From assembly GCA_937897575.1 (NCBI GenBank), contig CALCQG010000067.1, forward strand, positions 1 to 64,000: a stretch of DNA of 64,000 nt. Direction: 5' to 3'. The translations under genes were made by a program, and so were the position numbers. Origin of the DNA: an uncultured Synergistales bacterium. Its GTDB lineage: Bacteria > Synergistota > Synergistia > Synergistales > Aminobacteriaceae. Shown here in pieces: positions 29,578 through 38,994 of the stretch (the stretch's first letter is position 1; each line of letters begins with the position of its first letter). The notes under the pieces were generated by a model. The model did no database searches and was not told the origin of the DNA. It was given only the letters and a program-made list of their open reading frames with translations.

Positions 29578-31977
29578 TCAAAAGGAGTCCTCCATCGCAT
29601 CCGCCACCGGTACGGGGCCGATCCGCCATACCTCCTCGGCGTACTGCGCCACGGTGCGGTCCGAGCTGAAGAGCCCGGAGTTCGTGATGTTCACCCAGCA
29701 CTTCGCCGCCCATGCCTCCTCGACCAGGAAGTCCCGGGCCATGCGGTCCCGGGTCGCCCGGTAGTCCTCGAAGTCGCCGAGGACATGGTATACATCCGCC
29801 GGTTCCCAGTTGGTGCCCGTCAGCAGGCTTGCGGAAAGATCGGCGAACTTCCCCGTGTTGCCGTCGGAGAGGGTGCCGTCCGTCAGGGCGTCCAGCACCC
29901 GCCGTAGTCCGGGGACCCGCTCGTAGAGCTCGTAGGGGTCGTAGTGCTCCTTGGCCTCGGCCATGGCCTCGTACCGGACGCCGAAGATATAGGCGTTCTT
30001 CTCCCCCACGGCCCGCACGATCTCCACGTTGGCTCCGTCGTAGGTCCCCAGGGTCAGGGCGCCGTTCATCATGAACTTCATGTTCCCCGTCCCCGAGGCC
30101 TCCTTCCCGGCGGTGGAGATCTGCTCCGACACATCGGCGGCGGGGATGAGGCGTTCGGCCTTGGAGACGTTATAGTTCTGGATGAACACCACCTTGAGCC
30201 TGTCACCCACTTCGGGGTCTCCATTCACCACCCGGGCGATCTCGTTGATGAGCTTGATGACGGCCTTGGCCCGCGCGTACCCCGGCGCGGACTTCGCGCC
30301 GAAGATCATGACCCGGGGCACGAAGTCGCCGTTCGGGTCGTCCTTGATCCTGAAGTACAGGTCCAGGATATAGAGGGCGTTCATGAGCTGCCGCTTGTAC
30401 TCGTGCAGCCTCTTGATCTGCACGTCGAAGACGGCGTCGCTCCGGACCCTGATGCCCTCGGTCTGGAGAATGTACTCAGCGAGGGCCTCCTTGTTCTCCC
30501 TCTTGACGGCCATGAGACGACGGAGAACGGCCGGGTCCCCGCCGAAGGGTTCGAGCTCCTTCAGCCGGTCCAGGTCGCGCGCCCATCCGTCGTCCCCCAG
30601 CATCTCCGTCAGCAGCGCGGAGAGCTTTGGGTTGCAGTGATGCAGCCATCGCCGGGGCGTCACGCCGTTGGTCTTGTTGTTGAACTTCTCCGGCCAGATT
30701 TCGTACCAGTTCCGCAGCGTGTCGGCCTTGAGGATCTCCGTGTGGAGCGAGGCCACGCCGTTGATGGAGAACGAGGCGTAGCAGGCGATCCAGGCCATCC
30801 GGACCTCGTGCCCCGACAGAGGCGCCATGGCCTCGATCCGGTCGTTGAAGAAGCCCCGCTCCCGCATGTCCTCCCGGAAGCGCCGGTCAATCTCCTCCAC
30901 GATCTGCAGTATTCTGGGGAAGAGGAGGCGGAAGATGCTCACGTCCCACCGCTCGAGGGCCTCCTCCAGCGTGGTGTGGTTCGTGTAGGCGAAGCAGTCG
31001 CAGGTCACCCTCCAGGCCTCGTCCCACCCCATGCCGTTCTCGTCCATGAGAAGCCGCATGAGCTCCGGGATGGCGAGCACAGGGTGCGTGTCGTTGAGCT
31101 GCACCGTGTTGAACTCGGCGAAGCGGCCGAGGTCCTCTCCGTGGATCGCTTTGTACGTCCGGATCATGTCCTGCAGGGAGGCCGACGAGAAGAAGTACTG
31201 CTGGCGGACCCGGAGGACCTTGCCGTTGTAGGTGGTGTCGTTGGGGTACAGCACCCTCGAGATGTCCTCCGCCTTGTTCCGTTCGGCCATGGCCGCGTCG
31301 AACTGCTGTTTGTTGAAGAGCTCGAGGTTGAACTCCTCGGCGTACTCGGCCTGCCACAGGCGCAGGGTGTTCACGTTCTTCGTCCCGTACCCGGTGATGG
31401 GCAGGTCGTACGGGACGGCCGCCACCTCCAGGTCGTCGAAGTGGACCGCCACCCGTTCTTCGTCCCGCTGGACGAGGAACGGGTACCCCTCCTCCTTCCA
31501 GATGTCGGGGGATTCCCTTTGAAAGCCGTTCTCGAAGTACTGCCTGAAGAGCCCGTAGCGGTAGAGAATGCCGTACCCCTGCACGGGCAGGTCGTGGGTG
31601 GCGCAGGAGTCCAGAAAGCACGCCGCCAGCCGGCCCAGCCCGCCGTTTCCGAGGCCGGGGTCGTCCTCCAGCTCGAGGATCTCGGCCAGGTCCTTCCCGT
31701 AGATGGCCATCCCCTCCCGGGCAGTGTCGTACAGCTCGAGGTTCACCAGGTTGTTCAGCAGGGACCGCCCCACGAGGAACTCCGCCGAGAAGTAGTGCTG
31801 CATCCGGCCCCTCCGGTAGACGGTCCTCGTCCTCTGCCAGTTGTCGGCGAGCTTGGCCACCACCACTCTGGAGACGGCCAGCCAGAACTCCCACGGCGTG
31901 GCGTCCTGAGGCGGCCGGCCCGTTCCGGCCCTGATGACCAGCTCCATCGCTCGTCGCTTTTCCTCCGTTTTTTTCAT
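29578..31977 (-). CDS. glgP: Glycogen/starch/alpha-glucan phosphorylase
   Basis: GLGNGGLGRLAACFLDS, QLNDTHP, QIKRLHEYKRQ, EASGTGNMK, FSSDRT. Confidence 0.97.
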   Translation of the reverse strand: MKKTEEKRRAMELVIRAGTGRPPQDATPWEFWLAVSRVVVAKLADNWQRTRTVYRRGRMQHYFSAEFLVGRSLLNNLVNLELYDTAREGMAIYGKDLAEILELEDDPGLGNGGLGRLAACFLDSCATHDLPVQGYGILYRYGLFRQYFENGFQRESPDIWKEEGYPFLVQRDEERVAVHFDDLEVAAVPYDLPITGYGTKNVNTLRLWQAEYAEEFNLELFNKQQFDAAMAERNKAEDISRVLYPNDTTYNGKVLRVRQQYFFSSASLQDMIRTYKAIHGEDLGRFAEFNTVQLNDTHPVLAIPELMRLLMDENGMGWDEAWRVTCDCFAYTNHTTLEEALERWDVSIFRLLFPRILQIVEEIDRRFREDMRERGFFNDRIEAMAPLSGHEVRMAWIACYASFSINGVASLHTEILKADTLRNWYEIWPEKFNNKTNGVTPRRWLHHCNPKLSALLTEMLGDDGWARDLDRLKELEPFGGDPAVLRRLMAVKRENKEALAEYILQTEGIRVRSDAVFDVQIKRLHEYKRQLMNALYILDLYFRIKDDPNGDFVPRVMIFGAKSAPGYARAKAVIKLINEIARVVNGDPEVGDRLKVVFIQNYNVSKAERLIPAADVSEQISTAGKEASGTGNMKFMMNGALTLGTYDGANVEIVRAVGEKNAYIFGVRYEAMAEAKEHYDPYELYERVPGLRRVLDALTDGTLSDGNTGKFADLSASLLTGTNWEPADVYHVLGDFEDYRATRDRMARDFLVEEAWAAKCWVNITNSGLFSSDRTVAQYAEEVWRIGPVPVADAMEDSF

Positions 31978-32088
31978 GCCCTTTCCTCCCGTATCGATCT
32001 CCGTTTCGTCATACATATTCCGCGCCGGTCGGCAAGCGACGCCCATGACCGAAGGGTTCTCCTTCATCACCTATAGAATGCTTCCCCG

Positions 32089-33576
32089 TCACTTCCCTTT
32101 TCCGAAAAGCTCGCGGAAGTGTCTGACGCCATACCGGCCGGTGTCGAGAGCCCACCGCGCGAAGGTGTCTATGGGGCCCTTGCCCTTCAGATAGAGCTTC
32201 ACCAGGAGCACGACGACCAAGAGGGACGCCGCAACCCCGAGCAACAGCACCGCCGTTCTGTTTTCCCTGTATATGGCCGTGGCGAAGAGCCCGGCCGTCG
32301 CCGCGAACCGCGCGAGGTAGGTGTTCAGCGGGGAGGGGAGCTCCACGACCCGGACCATGTCGGGGCTTCCAAGCCGGACGACGACATAGTGGTGGTAGCT
32401 GTCCCTCGACAGGAGCTCCGCCCCGGCTCCTCCGGTGACCATGTACTTCACGTTCCCCCGCGTGTACTCCAGGTAGCTGTGGATATGGGACGTGTAGACG
32501 GTGTCCACGTGGTAGGCGGACATCAGCTGTTCGAACCGCTCCGCCTCTTTCGGATCCCGGAAACCGTGGTTCAGCAGCCGGCTTTCCATGTAGTCGTTCA
32601 GCTTCTCCTCGGTCCATCGCTCCCGCCGCCATGCCTCGCTCGTGTAGTTGGGGATATCCGCCGAGGCGGGGCCGTGCCGGGGGTCCTCCGGGGGGATGTG
32701 GGTCGTGACGAAGATGCGCTTCCCCCGGGCCCTGCCAAGGTCCCGTTCGAGCCACTGGTACTGCTCCTCGGAGATCGCCCGCTCCTCGAGCCACCCCGGG
32801 GAGGAGTCCAGAAAGACGAAGTGGCAGCCTCCGAGATCGAAGGAGTAGTGGGAGGGACCGTACAGCATGGTGTAGATGCCGCGTCCGTCGTTCCGGATGT
32901 CGTGGTTGCCGGGAACGGTGCACACCGTGGCCGAGAATCGGGACAGGGCCTCGTCGAACAGGCGATACTGGTTGGGCCGTCCGCTGTAGACGAAGTCTCC
33001 GTTGGCGATGATAAACGCCGGAGCCTCTCCGTTCACCTGCTGGACAATCTCGGCGAAGGTCTCGTACCCGTCCCGGTTGTCCCCCAGTATGACGAAGGGG
33101 AACTCCCTCTCGTCGTCCGACGGAGCCAGCTCCGCAACGCCCCCCGCCCCCTGCGGAACGGTGATCCTGACCCGGTTCACTGCCTCTTTCGTCATCAGAA
33201 GCGCTCCGCCGGCGGCCCGCTTCGCGTAGAAATCCGGGGCGACGTTCTCCAGGATCAGCGAAAGGCCCCCGATGTCGCCGCCCTCCACGCGGAGACCCGG
33301 CAGCGGCGAGAGCGCCCGGACGACGATGTCCCGCCCGCCGTCGTTTTCCATCAGCCCCTTCACGAAGCCGCCCCGCACCGTGACGAGCACGTCCCGATCG
33401 GGAGCCCGGTACTCCGAGGACGATGTATCGGGGTCGAACCGGAGTGGGAGGGCGGTGAACCCCCTGTCGCCCCTGTACGCCGCCGTGGTGGTCCGCACAA
33501 AGACGGCGACGCCCAGAAGGAAACTCAAAAGCACGATGACGAGAAGCATATTGACGAAGCGGTTCAGCCTGCGCAA
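32089..33576 (-). CDS. Membrane-anchored calcineurin-like metallophosphoesterase
   Basis: GDNRD, NGDFV, PGNHD, THIP, SHIH; N- and C-terminal TM segments; TTG start after AAGGAGG. Confidence 0.88.
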   Translation of the reverse strand: MRRLNRFVNMLLVIVLLSFLLGVAVFVRTTTAAYRGDRGFTALPLRFDPDTSSSEYRAPDRDVLVTVRGGFVKGLMENDGGRDIVVRALSPLPGLRVEGGDIGGLSLILENVAPDFYAKRAAGGALLMTKEAVNRVRITVPQGAGGVAELAPSDDEREFPFVILGDNRDGYETFAEIVQQVNGEAPAFIIANGDFVYSGRPNQYRLFDEALSRFSATVCTVPGNHDIRNDGRGIYTMLYGPSHYSFDLGGCHFVFLDSSPGWLEERAISEEQYQWLERDLGRARGKRIFVTTHIPPEDPRHGPASADIPNYTSEAWRRERWTEEKLNDYMESRLLNHGFRDPKEAERFEQLMSAYHVDTVYTSHIHSYLEYTRGNVKYMVTGGAGAELLSRDSYHHYVVVRLGSPDMVRVVELPSPLNTYLARFAATAGLFATAIYRENRTAVLLLGVAASLLVVVLLVKLYLKGKGPIDTFARWALDTGRYGVRHFRELFGKGK

Positions 33577-33733
33577 CGACGTTCCTCCTTATCCGGCGCT
33601 GACGCCACGCCCAGTGGGGCTCCTTCGATGCGGGGGTTCCCGCGGCCTCGGCCATCGGGGACGCGCGCCTCGCCCCTCGATGAACTGATCATGCCTTGCC
33701 CCTCTGTGCACCGAGGGGAACAGGTTCCTCCGC

Positions 33734-33871
33734 CTGGACGTGCCCCACGAGTCTGGTTTTCAAAGCCCGTCGAGCTTCTCCAGGCACTGCCGGAGCGACG
33801 GGACACTACCCCCCGAGTTCAGGGAAACCCTAAGGAGGAAAAAGACATGCTCTTCAGAAGAGCGACGCCCG
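33734..33871 (+). pseudogene. Degenerate copy of the ada 3' end / ogt RBS and start (original 35720-35860)
   Basis: CTGGACGTGCCCCACGAGTC...GAGTTCAGGGAAACCC..AAGACATGCTCTTCA aligns with 35720-35860, with substitutions and small indels. Confidence 0.85.
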
Positions 33872-33993
33872 GCCGGAACTCCCACGGTGTGGCGTCCCGG
33901 GGCGGTCGACCCGTTATGGCCTTGACGACCAGCTCCATCGCTCGTCGCTTTTCCTCCGTTTTCGTCATGCCCTTTCCTCCCGTATCGATCTCC
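33862..33993 (-). pseudogene. Degenerate copy of the glgP 5' end and RBS (original 31871-32002)
   Basis: Ungapped match at offset 1991, e.g. ACCAGCTCCATCGCTCGTCGCTTTTCCTCCGTTTT..CATGCCCTTTCCTCCCGTATCGATCTCC. Confidence 0.9.
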
Positions 33994-34022
33994 TTTATCC
34001 CCCGGCACTATCTCCCTTCACG

Positions 34023-34538
34023 TCACGAGGACCTCTCCGCCTGTTTTTTGAGCGCCTCGTCCATGCGGCGGAACCGTTCGCCCGTCTCGCGGATCACGTT
34101 TTTCCGCGTGACGGGGATCAGCAGGCCGAAGAACTCCTCGCTCTGCACCAGCTCCGTCACGCCGTCAGGATGCTCCCGCAGGGCGAAGCTATGGGTCCCG
34201 TCAAAGAGGCCCGGTATCCAGAGGCTTCCCCGCCACACGATGGACTTCGGCCGTTCGAACTCGAGGACCGTGGGGGATATGGTCATGCCGTCGCTGCCGT
34301 CGTCGTTCAGCACCACGAAGGAGACCTCTTTCCCCGGTGCGAAATCGTGTTTCGTGAAGCGCATGGCCGGGTTCCATTCAGGGTATCCGGAGAAATCGGT
34401 CAGGACGTCCCAGACTCTTTCGGGTGCCGCAGCGACGACGATCCTGTCCTCCACGGAGGCGGAAAAACCTCCCGTCAGGAGGCCAAGGGCACCATACCCC
34501 AAGGCCGCCACGAGAACAACCCAGAGGAAATACCTCAT
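34023..34538 (-). CDS. SRPBCC/START-like domain protein
   Basis: IVVAAAPERVWDVLTDFSGYPEWNP, WRGSLWIPGLFDGTHSF, ALKKQAE. Confidence 0.85.
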   Translation of the reverse strand: MRYFLWVVLVAALGYGALGLLTGGFSASVEDRIVVAAAPERVWDVLTDFSGYPEWNPAMRFTKHDFAPGKEVSFVVLNDDGSDGMTISPTVLEFERPKSIVWRGSLWIPGLFDGTHSFALREHPDGVTELVQSEEFFGLLIPVTRKNVIRETGERFRRMDEALKKQAERSS

Positions 34539-35047
34539 GGCTCGCCGAGAAAGCCGAAGATCATGTGCCCGGCCCCCGAGGCGATCAGCGAGATACCCAC
34601 GATGACCGCCATGGAGAGGCCGAGGATGGACGGCTGGAGCACCAACAGCAGCGCCCCTGCGATGACCGCCGAGTAGAGCATGATGCCCCCCTTGTAGACT
34701 CCGTCCTCGATGCCTTTGAAGCCCCTGATCATGCGGAGCTTGTTCACCGCGTCGAAGATGAACCACGCCGCGATGATGTAGGCGAAAAGGTGCACGGCGA
34801 ATCCGGGCCGGAAGAGAAAGAGGGCGCCGATCACCGCGAAGACGCTTCCCGTCATCAGATCGCCGAGGGAACGAGGCTCCATCCCGCCTTTTTTGTACTG
34901 GGAGGCGATCATCAGAGCGCCCCGGCCCAGGACCAGCACCCCCAGCAGAGCCATCAGAAGCCCTGGCTTCATCAGCGTGAGGACCCCTCCCGCGACGAAG
35001 GCGGCTCCTATTCCCACGGCCATCCAGTCCACGTTTTTCCCCGCCAT
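34535..35047 (-). CDS. DUF308/HdeD-like membrane protein
   Basis: About six short TM helices with repeated G..L..P pattern; RBS AAGGGGTGA. Confidence 0.7.
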   Translation of the reverse strand: MAGKNVDWMAVGIGAAFVAGGVLTLMKPGLLMALLGVLVLGRGALMIASQYKKGGMEPRSLGDLMTGSVFAVIGALFLFRPGFAVHLFAYIIAAWFIFDAVNKLRMIRGFKGIEDGVYKGGIMLYSAVIAGALLLVLQPSILGLSMAVIVGISLIASGAGHMIFGFLGEP

Positions 35048-35275
35048 GATCTCACCCCTTCTTTCCGCGCTCGCGCTTCATGCGATACGCCCGCAAACAG
35101 GACCACGCATATCAGTATACATCATGGACTTCAGGAGATTTCCCCCGCTGAAACGGGGCTCGGGGAGGATCGACCGCCGACCCTGCGCCGAATGCCCGAT
35201 CGTACATACCTGACCGAATGGAGGATGTTTTTTTCGCCTCCTTGGGAGAAAATATCGATGGAAGGAGGGGATCCT

Positions 35276-35863
35276 GTGGCCCATATGCGACCGACCCTGA
35301 CGGACGACGAAATGTGGCGGGCGGTAACGGAGCGGGACGAGGACTTCGACGGCGCGTTCCTCTACGGCGTGGCGTCCACGAAGATCTTCTGCCGGCCGTC
35401 CTGCACGGCTCGTCGGCCGCTGCGCCGGAACGTGCGTTTTTTCGCCGACGCCGGCGAAGCCATGGACCTCGGCTTTCGCCCGTGCAAACTGTGCCGCCCG
35501 GACCTCCCGGCCTACGACCCCCAACGGGAGCTGGTGGAACAGGAGAAAGGCCGTCTGAACCGATCCCTCCACGAGGAGAAGAGGGTCGCTCCGGCGGTGA
35601 GCCGCAGACATCTCGCCCGGCTCTTCGTGCAGTACGAGGGGTGCACCAGAGCCCGCTACGCCGCCCGAATGATGGCGGAACGAGCCGCAGAGCTGCTCGC
35701 AAACACCGAAAAGAACGTGCTGGACGTGGCCCACGAGTCCGGTTTCGAAAGCCCGTCGAGTTTTTACAGACACTTCCGGGAGCGATGGAACGCCACGCCC
35801 CGGGAGTTCAGGGAAACCCAAAGGAGGGAAAAGACATGCTCTTCAAAAGAGAGACGGCCATAG
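35276..35863 (+). CDS. ada: Ada metal-binding domain + AraC HTH regulator (AdaA-like)
   Basis: FDGAFLYGV, IFCRPSC, GFRPCKLCRP, AHESGFESPSSFYRHF. Confidence 0.9.
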   Translation: MAHMRPTLTDDEMWRAVTERDEDFDGAFLYGVASTKIFCRPSCTARRPLRRNVRFFADAGEAMDLGFRPCKLCRPDLPAYDPQRELVEQEKGRLNRSLHEEKRVAPAVSRRHLARLFVQYEGCTRARYAARMMAERAAELLANTEKNVLDVAHESGFESPSSFYRHFRERWNATPREFRETQRREKTCSSKERRP

Positions 35864-36309
35864 GCCCCATCGCCATAGGCGAGAAGGACGGCTTCATCGC
35901 GTACCTTCACCTCCCCGGTGAAACGGCCCGGCTCCGGAACTTCGGCGCCACGGACGAGGAACCGCCCGTGGTGCGCGAGGCCTTTCGTCAACTGGAACTC
36001 TACCTTGACGGAGCCCTCAAGAAGTTCGACCTGCCCCTCAAGCCCGAGGGAACGCCCTTTATGAGAAAGGTCTGGGACGCCCTCCTCACGGTGCCCTACG
36101 GCGTCACGGCGAGCTACAAGGACATCGCCGAGGCGGTGGGCAGCCCGAAGGCCGTCCGGGCCGTGGGGCTCGCCAACGCCCGGAACCCCATCGCCATCTT
36201 CATCCCGTGCCACAGGATCATCGGGAGCAGCGGCAAGCTCGTGGGCTTCGGCGGAGGGCTCGAACTGAAGCAGCGCCTGATCGACCTGGAGGCGCGCCAC
36301 TCGAGATGA
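35836..36309 (+). CDS. ogt: Methylated-DNA--protein-cysteine methyltransferase
   Basis: VPYGVTASY, AVRAVG.AN..NP, PCHRII. Confidence 0.95.
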   Translation: MLFKRETAIGPIAIGEKDGFIAYLHLPGETARLRNFGATDEEPPVVREAFRQLELYLDGALKKFDLPLKPEGTPFMRKVWDALLTVPYGVTASYKDIAEAVGSPKAVRAVGLANARNPIAIFIPCHRIIGSSGKLVGFGGGLELKQRLIDLEARHSR

Positions 36310-36962
36310 CGCAGCAGGTCGTCTGCTCCGAGAGGGCCATGAAGCACCTCGCCCGGCGGGACCGGCGCCTCGCCGCTGTCATGGAGCGCATGGGCTCCCT
36401 GGAGCGGCGGGCCTACCCCGACGTCTTCACCGCCCTGCTCCGCTCCGTGGTGAGCCAGCAGATCTCCAAGGCGGCGGCGGCCTCCGTGTGGGGCAAAGTC
36501 ACCGAGCGTTTCGCGCCCCTCACCCCGGAGACCCTCGGAAAGGCCTCCCCCGAGGACCTGCGGGCGTGCGGGCTGTCCCTCGGGAAGGTCCGGTACTTCG
36601 AGGACATCTGCCACGCCGCCCTCCGGGGCGAGCTGGAGGACTCGACCTTCGAGAATCTCTCCGACGACGAGGTGGTCGCCCGACTCAGCGCCCTCCGGGG
36701 GGTGGGCGTCTGGACGGCGGAGATGGTGCTCATCTTCTGCCTCGGGCGGCCCGACGTGGTGAGCTGGGGGGACCTGGCCATCCGCCGAGGCATGACCGTC
36801 CTCTACGGGTACGAGACCCTCACGAGGGAGCTCTTCGAGAAGCATCGGGCGCGATACTTCCCCTGGGGCTCCACGGCGTCCCTCTACCTGTGGCAGCTCG
36901 CGTCGGAGAACCCGACGAGGGGTGTGTCGCGTCGGGGCGCGAAGAGCCCTGTGACCATGTAG
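36306..36962 (+). CDS. alkA: DNA-3-methyladenine glycosylase (AlkA, HhH-GPD)
   Basis: VVSQQIS, LRGVGVWTAEM, DLAIRR. Confidence 0.9.
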   Translation: MTQQVVCSERAMKHLARRDRRLAAVMERMGSLERRAYPDVFTALLRSVVSQQISKAAAASVWGKVTERFAPLTPETLGKASPEDLRACGLSLGKVRYFEDICHAALRGELEDSTFENLSDDEVVARLSALRGVGVWTAEMVLIFCLGRPDVVSWGDLAIRRGMTVLYGYETLTRELFEKHRARYFPWGSTASLYLWQLASENPTRGVSRRGAKSPVTM

Positions 36963-37194
36963 CGCTGCCGAGGAAACAGGAGTATACAGGAGCGAAGTAT
37001 CGGCCCGGCACCTCATCTCCTTCGCTTTTAGAAAATACAGAGATACACGGAAGGAGGGAGCAAGTTGTCCGACATAACTCTCTCTATACAATCCCCAAGC
37101 ATATTCGACGCTCATGGTGTACTCCCAACGGATATATCAGCAGGACAGGGGATGGGGGGTCATAAAAAGCATCGGACTTCATCGCCATGAGCCC

Positions 37195-37251
37195 ATAGGT
37201 AAAGAGGAGATGGATCAGCACTTCGCGCTGATCCATCTCCTCTTTGCCTAT
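37195..37251. terminator. Long hairpin, likely a bidirectional terminator between convergent alkA and CDF genes
   Basis: 25-bp stem ATAGGTAAAGAGGAGATGGATCAGC / GCTGATCCATCTCCTCTTTGCCTAT (one G-T pair), 7-nt loop. Confidence 0.75.
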
Positions 37252-37337
37252 AATGTATGCACCGGTCTGATCCTGTTCTCGACTCTCGGTTTATCCCGGC
37301 CTACTCGACCCCTAATGAAAACAAATCGACAGTGCTC

Positions 37338-38303
37338 CTACCCCTCAACAAGTTTTTTTTCGAGCCCCCAATTCCTGTTAGGTTTCACATCGGGCTCGAC
37401 ATGGACAACACACTGCATGGACAATTTCTCGAGCAGCGCACCCTCCAGCGTGTTTGCGATTTGATGAGACGCGTCTACGCTGAGTTGAGGATCCACATGG
37501 ATATCCAAGGATACTATTTTGACGTTGCCGTAGCAGTGCACGTTGAGGTTGTGCACGTTCCGTATGCCGTCGATGGACTGGGCAATCTGCGTAATTCTCT
37601 GCTCTGTCTCCTTGTCGGCGCCTTCTCCAATGAGGACGCTCGCCGACGATATGGCAAGAGAACCACCCGTATGAAGGATGAGTATGGACACGATGAGTCC
37701 GAAAACGGCGTCAAGGGCGGGGTATCCCAAAAGAGCGGAGACGATCGAAGCAGAGACCAAAACGCTGGCTATGGCATCCGATCTGTGGTGCCAAGCGTCG
37801 GCCTCCAACGTGGACGAGTTTATGGCCCTACCCAGTTTCGTCGCGAATCTCGCCATCCATTCCTTCGCCGCACCAACCCCAAGCAGCACAAGCACCACAG
37901 GGATATTCCCCTTGACTTCAGCCCCATGTATCATTCTGCTGATCGCCTTTCCCGCAAACTCGAAACCGACAATCAACAACAGTATCGCGATGATAAGGGT
38001 CGCTATGGTTTCAACTCGCCCATGTCCGTATGGATGTTTTTCGTCCGCGGGCTGCGCCGCTACTTTGAATCCAATCAGAACCACAACGGACGTAACCACG
38101 TCCGAGGCCGTATGCACCGATTGGGCGATCAGTGCGATGCTGTTCAGGGTCACTCCAAAAAAGAAGTTAATAAGCGCAATGACGACATTTCCGACGATAC
38201 TGACCCACGCCTCAAGATAGCCGTATCGCATTCTGACTCTCTCATCCGAGACGTTCTCATGGTCCTTGACGAACATGCGCAATAAAAATTTTGTTAAAGA
38301 CAT
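37338..38303 (-). CDS. Cation diffusion facilitator (FieF-like) transporter
   Basis: HTASD, HPYGHGRVE, ADAWHHRSD, C-terminal VHVEP. Confidence 0.92.
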   Translation of the reverse strand: MSLTKFLLRMFVKDHENVSDERVRMRYGYLEAWVSIVGNVVIALINFFFGVTLNSIALIAQSVHTASDVVTSVVVLIGFKVAAQPADEKHPYGHGRVETIATLIIAILLLIVGFEFAGKAISRMIHGAEVKGNIPVVLVLLGVGAAKEWMARFATKLGRAINSSTLEADAWHHRSDAIASVLVSASIVSALLGYPALDAVFGLIVSILILHTGGSLAISSASVLIGEGADKETEQRITQIAQSIDGIRNVHNLNVHCYGNVKIVSLDIHVDPQLSVDASHQIANTLEGALLEKLSMQCVVHVEPDVKPNRNWGLEKKLVEG

Positions 38304-38994
38304 ATCACGACTCTCCTTTATGATTAGAATGTTAAAGTACTCTGCCCGTTTTCTTAAGTGAATTCACCGTTTCGTACCATGTGGGGCTCTTGTCGCCTTC
38401 TCGCTGTTTCAACCCGTGTACGGAAGCTCTCTCCATGTGCTCTCCTCAGTGTGCGGGGAAAGGATTCCCCCGCGTACTCTGTTCGGAGGCACCGGAAGGT
38501 TCCGCGAAGCTGAGTGATACGATGCGGAAGTGTCCGTTCTCCAAAGAAATATCGATTCCATCGATTCCGGGGATCTTGAGCATGCTTTGAATATAAGCAA
38601 TGAGGTTTTTTTTGTACAACGAGGGTTTTACGCTTCGATGATCGATTATTTCGCTCGTTATGTTTTTTTGTGATGGGATGGTTTTTCGTCCGTTTTTAGA
38701 AGATGTACCAGGGGGTCAAGGTGTTTTCAAGGGAAAAAAAATCAATGATCAACAGGCGCAAAGGCGCCCGCAGATGCACCTGCTTGTGAACGTGTAGAAA
38801 GACCACAGGGAATGATGTCGGCCTTGCATCCGACACATGAGGCTGAGCCCAAGAAGTAACGGGGGTCAGCCCTTGCCTGCGAAGCTGTCGGGAAAATGGA
38901 GCCGAAGGAGTTTTCGGTCCGGAGGGACCGCGGGAAAACGAACTTCATACGGGCGGAGGACAGGGGCTCCGTGGCCGTAGAAGACACGGAGAAC

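Noticed and set aside
38310..38520. NiCo or Mn riboswitch upstream of the CDF gene
   Set aside because: Only a superficial CTGAG match; the conserved junction motifs were not found.
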